Shown piece after piece: positions 58,197-64,000 of a stretch of DNA of 64,000 bases. Each line of letters opens with the position of its first letter. Positions within the stretch are counted from its first letter, which is position 1. Both the position numbers and the translations under genes were made by a program. Origin of the DNA: Phyllosticta citribraziliensis (Eukaryota). The notes under the pieces are model-generated. The model did not search any database. It was not told the origin of the DNA and worked only from the letters and a program-made list of their open reading frames with translations. The stretch covers positions 124,001 to 188,000 of the forward strand of contig NW_027117338.1 of assembly GCF_038025025.1 (NCBI RefSeq), in the 5' to 3' direction.

Positions 58197-59709
58197 GATG
58201 GCGGGAGGTTTGTGGAGCGTTGTGAGACGGGAGGATGAGGGATAGGAATTTGGATGTTTTCTCAAAGATGGAGTCGGAGATATGACGTGTGTTTGCCGCG
58301 GTGGATTATTACCAAGCAGCCAGCTCGCCACGTGATTGGACCCTTTCCGTTGATGGCTTTAGGGCTGCGTTGATTGGCCAGAATGTTTCAAAACACCCGA
58401 GCTCTCGGTTTTGTTTCGGCGTCAAGATGTCAGTCAAGATGCCAACGCCCTTCCCCCCACCGACTACAAGATACCTTTACTCATCGCGTTCCAAACACCA
58501 AAGGACGTCTTCGACAAGATCCGTACCGCGCCATTTCTCTTGTCATCTCTGGTCGGTGCTGGCACGGTGTGTCGCTTGCGTGTGGCCTCTCCGAGCCTTC
58601 TGTACTCCAACTCTTTCCTGGACCACTGCCACGAGGGGACTCCGTGTTTTTGAGGACGAAGCCAAGTCAAACACTGGACACCAAATTGTGTGGATTGACG
58701 CCCTTTCCGAATGCCCTCAACTTTTGGATTGGAGCCTCGCCGTCGGATTTATGTACTATCTCCACCAAGTATGCACGTCAGCAAACCTCTGTTAGAGGAA
58801 GTCCCGGACAAGCGCCTAAACTAGCCAAAATAAAATGCAGCCACACGGCGGCTCTGTACTCTGGGACCGAGTCTCACTCTTCGTGTACACGTCCGGTGAG
58901 CGATCATCACTGCTTTTGCTCTTGGCGTCCCTTGGCTCAAACTGCTCCTCATCCACGACGAGGAGGTTGGCCGAGGGCTGACGCCTGGGCCGGATGTATG
59001 CTTCTGCACGACACTCCATGTCATCACAACATCTGCGACCAGCCGACTACGTCGAAAATTGAATTGCTCCATCTAATTGCTTACATCGCATGCATTACCC
59101 CCTACTTGCCGAGCGCCATCGATTGGCAGAAGGTCCTCTATTGCATTTTCTATCAGTCCCTTCAGGGCCAAAACGACCTCACTGGTTCCTATCAATGACT
59201 CTTTGTCCAATGGTTTCTCGTGTCGCTGCGGTTGAGGCAGAAGCTGACAAGGCAAAAGAGTCAACGCATGCCGTACCTGGTCTTATTCAGTTTCCATTTG
59301 CGGAAGTTGCTCGCTCGGCGGAAAGGATGCTCGCCCGGATCCGCAAGATCTAACTGAAATGGCCACCACTTACGTGTTGGTGAGGCTTCTGGATGGCGTA
59401 TGTCTGGGCCATTGAATCGTGGGGCCGTCGGCCCCGTGTGTGGGACAAGGTTGCGATCTACAACCCCGCGCTTCTGCATTCCTACCAGTAAAATTCCAGC
59501 GCTCTCAGGTCGTGTCCACCTCTCTGGTCGGTGTCCATGCTAGGAATTTGTTAGAGCCCCGCCACCGCCGACTCCAGTATCCGAGGTCAAACATGGCGGA
59601 AGTCATCCGCACTTATTAAAGTGGGTGATGCCCTGCGTCCAAATTCCAGTATCCAGACCTGCTTTTCTTCACACTTCTACAAACAATCCAACCTCCGAAG
59701 ATCAACAAA

Positions 59710-61223
59710 ATGGCACCCATTGCACTGTTTGGTAGCGACGACACGTCGTCGAAGATCGACTTCACCACCTTCTCAAATGTCATCAATGGGAAACTCACCT
59801 CTACGGAGAAGACGAGGCGAGGGATCAACCCAGCCACATTAGAGGAGCTTTACGAGGTTCCAGTATCCACCCCAGCAGATGTCGATGCTGCTGTCGACGC
59901 TGCCCAGACTGCGTTCAAGTCATGGAAAAACACTTCACACGCCGAGCGCAGCAAGGCTGTGCAAGCATTCGCGGAGGAAATTTTGGAACACAAGACTGAG
60001 CTCGCAAAGCTCCTGACCAAGGAGCAAGGAAAGCCTGTGAGCATGAAGCATCCGAACTGTCTACTTGACCGTCTGCTGACAATACATTGAAGCTCCCAAT
60101 GGCCTTGAATGAGATTGAAGGCGCCTATGTGTGGCTGACGAGCTTCTCCAAGGTGGAATTGCAAGAAGAGGAAATCTCCGAGGATGAGACCAAGAAGACC
60201 ATACTGCGCTACACTCCTCTCGGCGTCGTTGTCGGCATAGTGCCTTGGAACTTTCCCATCAGTCTTGCCACTGTCAAGATTGGACCAGCAGTCATGACTG
60301 GTAATACCGTCATCATTAAGCCCTCTCCCTTCACCCCCTACTGTAACCTCAAGCTGGTCGAGTTGGCGCAAAAGTTCTTCCCTCCTGGTGTTGTCCAGGT
60401 ACTCTCTGGTGACGACAGCCTCGGCCCTTGGTTGACAGCCCACCCGGGACCTGCAAAAATCTCCTTCACTGGATCAAGTGCAACGGGAAAGAAGGTCATG
60501 GAGTCGGCAGCCAAGACCCTGAAGCGTGTGACGCTCGAGCTTGGTGGCAAAGACCCTGCCATCGTTTGTGACGACGTGGACATCGCTCAGGTGGCACCAA
60601 AGGTAGCTGAGCTCGCCTTCCTCAACTCTGGCCAGATCTGTCTGGCGATCAAGCGCATCTACGTCCACGAGAAGATATACGACGAGTTCCTGAGCGCTGC
60701 TGTCGAGCACACCAAGAAGCTGAGATTGGGCAACGGCACTGAGGATGGAGTCTTCCTGGGCCCCGTCCAGAACTCGATGCAGTACGAGCGCGTCAAGGGC
60801 TTCTTCAGCGATGTCGAGGCACAGAAGATGAAGGTTGCCGTCGGCGGCACCAACGACCGCAAGGACGGCTACTACATCACGCCGACCATCATCGACAACC
60901 CTGAAGAAACCTCGAAAATCGCCACCGAAGAGCCTTTCGGCCCCATTGTGCCGTTTATGAAGTGGACGGACGAGGACGACGTCATTGCTCGCGCGAACAA
61001 CACCAAGATGGGTCTGGGTGCAAGTGTTTGGGCAAGCGACTTGGATCGGGCTGCCCGCATTGCCCGGCAATTGGAGGCTGGCAGCGTGTGGGTCAACACA
61101 CACTTGGAGATTGACCCCAACGCGCCTTTTGGCGGACACAAGGAGAGCGGTGTCGGCTATGAGCTTTCGGCTGGTGGGTTCAAGGCTTACTGCAACGTCC
61201 AGTCGTTGTTCTTGAAGAAGTAG
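59710..61223 (+). CDS. Aldehyde dehydrogenase; exons 59710-60036, 60093-61223
   Basis: Motifs PWNFP, KPSPFTP, FTGSSATG, LELGGK (catalytic Glu), GQIC (catalytic Cys), EEPFGP, PFGGHKESG. Intron 60037-60092. Confidence 0.94.
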
Positions 61224-61463
61224 GTGAGAGCATCTGCAAAGGTGGCATCCGCATGTGGACCAGGAAGACATTCAGTATGCAGCATTGGACTGTCGTTTCC
61301 TACAGATTTCAGTCAAGGAACAGAACTTGCTGGATGGATCTCGAAGAATGAAGTCAGATTCCAGAGCCAAGATCATCTCTACCGACAGAGATATTCGAGC
61401 TGGCACTTTCCTTGTTCCTCCACTCTGATTGCTCGACTTGAAAGGGAAGACAATGAAGACAAA

Positions 61464-64000
61464 TCATGAAGCCCAAGCTTCCTGCGTCCAGTACCTCAAG
61501 AATCTGCCTACCAAAGCATCGTCGATCGTCGTCTCCTCCCTCAAGCTTGGTGAAATTTGACGAGTCCGTGTTACGTCCAAGGTAGGCTGCACAGACGATT
61601 CAGAGACGCGCCCGTATTTCTGTTCGAAAAAGTCGACCAGCTTGTACGCCGGGTTCTTCCCGACGTCAGGATTCCCTTCTAGTCTTTGCACCCAGTCGTG
61701 TTGTGGCAAGGCTTCAAACTGCAGACCTTGCCTCTTCAAAGCAGGCAAGAAATCCCTATTCCATTTCAATAGCGACGGGTTCGCCACGTGGAATAAGGAA
61801 AACGACGGGACAGAAGATGCGAAATCAGCGCCTGCTCGATCCAGCAGAGACAGGTCCACGACCGTGGCCGCAGTCTTGTCAACCGGAAGCCACGAAAGCT
61901 CTTCGTCCTCGCCCTCGACGACTGGCAGCGCGCCAATGGTCAAGGCGCACTGGACCGTCGTCGGAAAAGCTTCTGTCGCGCTCCAGATGCCGTGCTGCGT
62001 GTCGCCAGCTACCTGTCCAATGCGCACGACACGAGTGTTCACGCCTGCCTTTTCGGCCGCTGCGACGCAGATCTCCTCAGCCACCCACTTTGACTGCCCG
62101 TAGCCCATGGAAGCAACGGCCTCCCAGCCGTGCCGGCGCTCAGGTATGGGCAGTTGCTTGGCCTGCAGCACGGCTGCCAGGCTGGATATCAGGACGAAAG
62201 TCGGCTTCTGCTGGAGACGCGATTGCAGCGAGAGGTTGATCAGGTTGTGGGTGCTTCGCGTGCCGGACTGCTCGAAGCTTTGGAGGTTCATGTTGAAGTT
62301 AACGGGCCAGGCGTTGTGGATGATGCAGGTGACGGAGGTGAGTAGCGCGTCGTAAGACGGTGGAGAGAGTCCCAGATGCTCGTCGCTCAAGTTGCATGGT
62401 AGAGCCAGTATCTTGTCCATTTGAGCTGCCGAAAGGTGTTCGAGCAGGCGCATCTTACGCAGAGCCCCCTCAACGCGAAGGAGCGCTGACTGGTCGCTGT
62501 CGGCGCGGACAAGGCAAACAACTCTTGAGACGTTCTCCCTCAGGACAAGTGAGGAGAGTATGTGAGCACCAATCGAGCCAGTGGCTCCAGTGAGAAGCTT
62601 GATGCTGTCAGTCTTTCCATCATGATGGCTTGGGCCAAATCGAAACTCACCACACAGTCCTTGTCGGCAGTCATTGTGCCGACCTCCTGCGGCTCGACAA
62701 AGTCAGAGTATCTTCTGATCATTTCCAGCGCCACCTCCCTCGGTTCACGCACATCCCGACCTCTTCCAGCTCGCCGCTCAATCAAATGGCTCGTCAGAAG
62801 CTCGACAGTCGGATGATCGAACACCACGTTAGTCGCCAGACCTTGACCGTCGAGTTCGACTCCTTTCAGGACCCTCGAACGCACATTCGTCGCCTGCAGG
62901 CTATCCATGCCAAGGGAGAAAAGATCAGATTCGTCGGTGAATTCTGCCACTTTCCGCTCGTCGAGATCGAGCTGTTCTGTGACGACTTGTCGAACAAAGT
63001 CGCGCACTTCGTCCGGAGTTGTCGCCTTCTTCCCACTCCCGGACACCTCCTTCATGGCGTAATACTCGTCGATGTCCTTTTCGAATTGCTTGAGGAATCG
63101 GGAACGGATGATGGTTGCCTTGTCGGTCATCGGCAGCGACACGTCGGGTTTTGTCACGATAATGGCCTCTGGAGAGATCCTGGCGTACGCAGGGACGCGC
63201 GAATTGCCAAGGGCCAAGTCTGGCAGGATGCTTTCAACGATGGCCGCAGCGCCCTGATTCAGGCTTGCTGTGCGCTCAGACGGAATGACTATCATCCCGA
63301 GGGAGTCCTTTTGGGCGCCGAATACCACTGCCGTCCGTACGTTTGGGTTCTGCTTGACAGAGTCCTCCAGCGGAATCGGATCTGCTTTTTCGCCGTTCAC
63401 GAGGACAATAATGTCGTCCTGCCGCGCGACAAATTTCCATTTTTGAGGGTCAGTAGGGTGCTTCTGAAAAAGATCCTTTGTCGGATAGGAGCCGTCCTCG
63501 CGCTCGGACAAGACCTTGGTGGGAAGCCCTGGAAGCACGATGAGATGATAGACGTCCTCTCCAACGGGCTCGAATTTCAGGAACGGCTTTGCGCTGGGCA
63601 AGGGCGTCACCCAGTTCCACTGGTCTTGACATGCTTCCATCAACGCGCCCGACTCTGTCTGACCATACAAGTGGTAAATCTTTGCTCCGGCGTCGCTGAT
63701 CTGGTTTCCGAGATCGTCTGGGATGGCCGAGCCCGCGCTGATGACTTGTCGAAGCCGCGCCAGGCGCTCGACGCCGCCGTCAATCTCGGTGAAAAATTTC
63801 AAGATGTAGGGCACCGTCACCAAAGCTTCCGAGGACGTCTTCTCGAGGCCCGACAGGACAGTCGACGCAGTGATTGGCCGGCTGGCGTTCATGATGGACA
63901 GACACCGTCCGTTGACGAGGCACCGTAGTAGCGTCGCAACCCCAAAGCTGTGGAAAAGGGGAAGAGTCGTCAGAGTCTCGACCTGGGGCATTCGACCGGC
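61464..64000 (-). CDS. NRPS-like adenylate-forming (carboxylic acid) reductase, A-T-R; 5' end lies beyond the window; intron 62650-62598
   Basis: A-domain PLFH, YGQTESG, TKDLF, RQDDIIVLVNGEK. T-domain LGMDSL. Reductase domain LLTGATGSIG (formed after splicing), HNAWPVNF, GYGQSK. Confidence 0.9.

Noticed and set aside
58289..59620. ORFs up to 274 aa between NFU1 and the ALDH
   Set aside because: Random-looking composition with non-ATG starts; more likely divergent promoter DNA. A decayed gene cannot be excluded without a search.
1..64000. tRNA/rRNA genes, intact transposons and TGA-CTA read-through PTS1 extensions
   Set aside because: No cloverleaf with A/B boxes, no transposase or RT motifs, no terminal repeats seen, and none of the stop codons I checked has the TGA CTA context.

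Overview
Gene-dense chromosomal segment of a filamentous ascomycete. It has short GT-AG introns with CTRAC branch points, high GC3 and microsatellite-rich intergenic DNA. A Dothideomycete is my guess and cannot be proven from this window. I rebuilt about 25 gene models, most of them spliced, by hand. Left to right: a three-gene sugar/polyol-acid oxidoreductase cluster (KduD/GluF-like SDR, Zn-MDR dehydrogenase, Gfo/Idh/MocA enzyme), cytosolic LeuRS, a small membrane protein, TSC13, a PpoA-like dioxygenase-P450 fusion, GON7, an HbrB/Bit61-like protein, an ADAM protease, acetyl-CoA synthetase, a low-complexity orphan, a hidden 103-aa Skg6-like membrane gene, an FAH-family hydrolase, a CXC plus Zn-finger protein, an arylsulfotransferase-like protein, an S10 carboxypeptidase, a PY-motif orphan, a repeat-rich orphan, MRPL16, RFC1, NFU1, an aldehyde dehydrogenase and a truncated A-T-R NRPS-like reductase. 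I saw no tRNA, rRNA, CRISPR array or intact transposon. Best leads: (1) the oxidoreductase cluster appears to carry peroxisomal signals (a perfect PTS2 on an upstream-ATG isoform plus two PTS1-like ends) and a shared promoter motif, suggesting a compartmentalised sugar-acid pathway; (2) the tesmin/CXC plus tandem HCxxCxxC Zn-finger protein; (3) the hidden Skg6-like mini-gene; (4) a PY-motif gene whose tail anchor is cut off by stops and a frameshift. Family assignments come from motif recognition only; no database searches were run.
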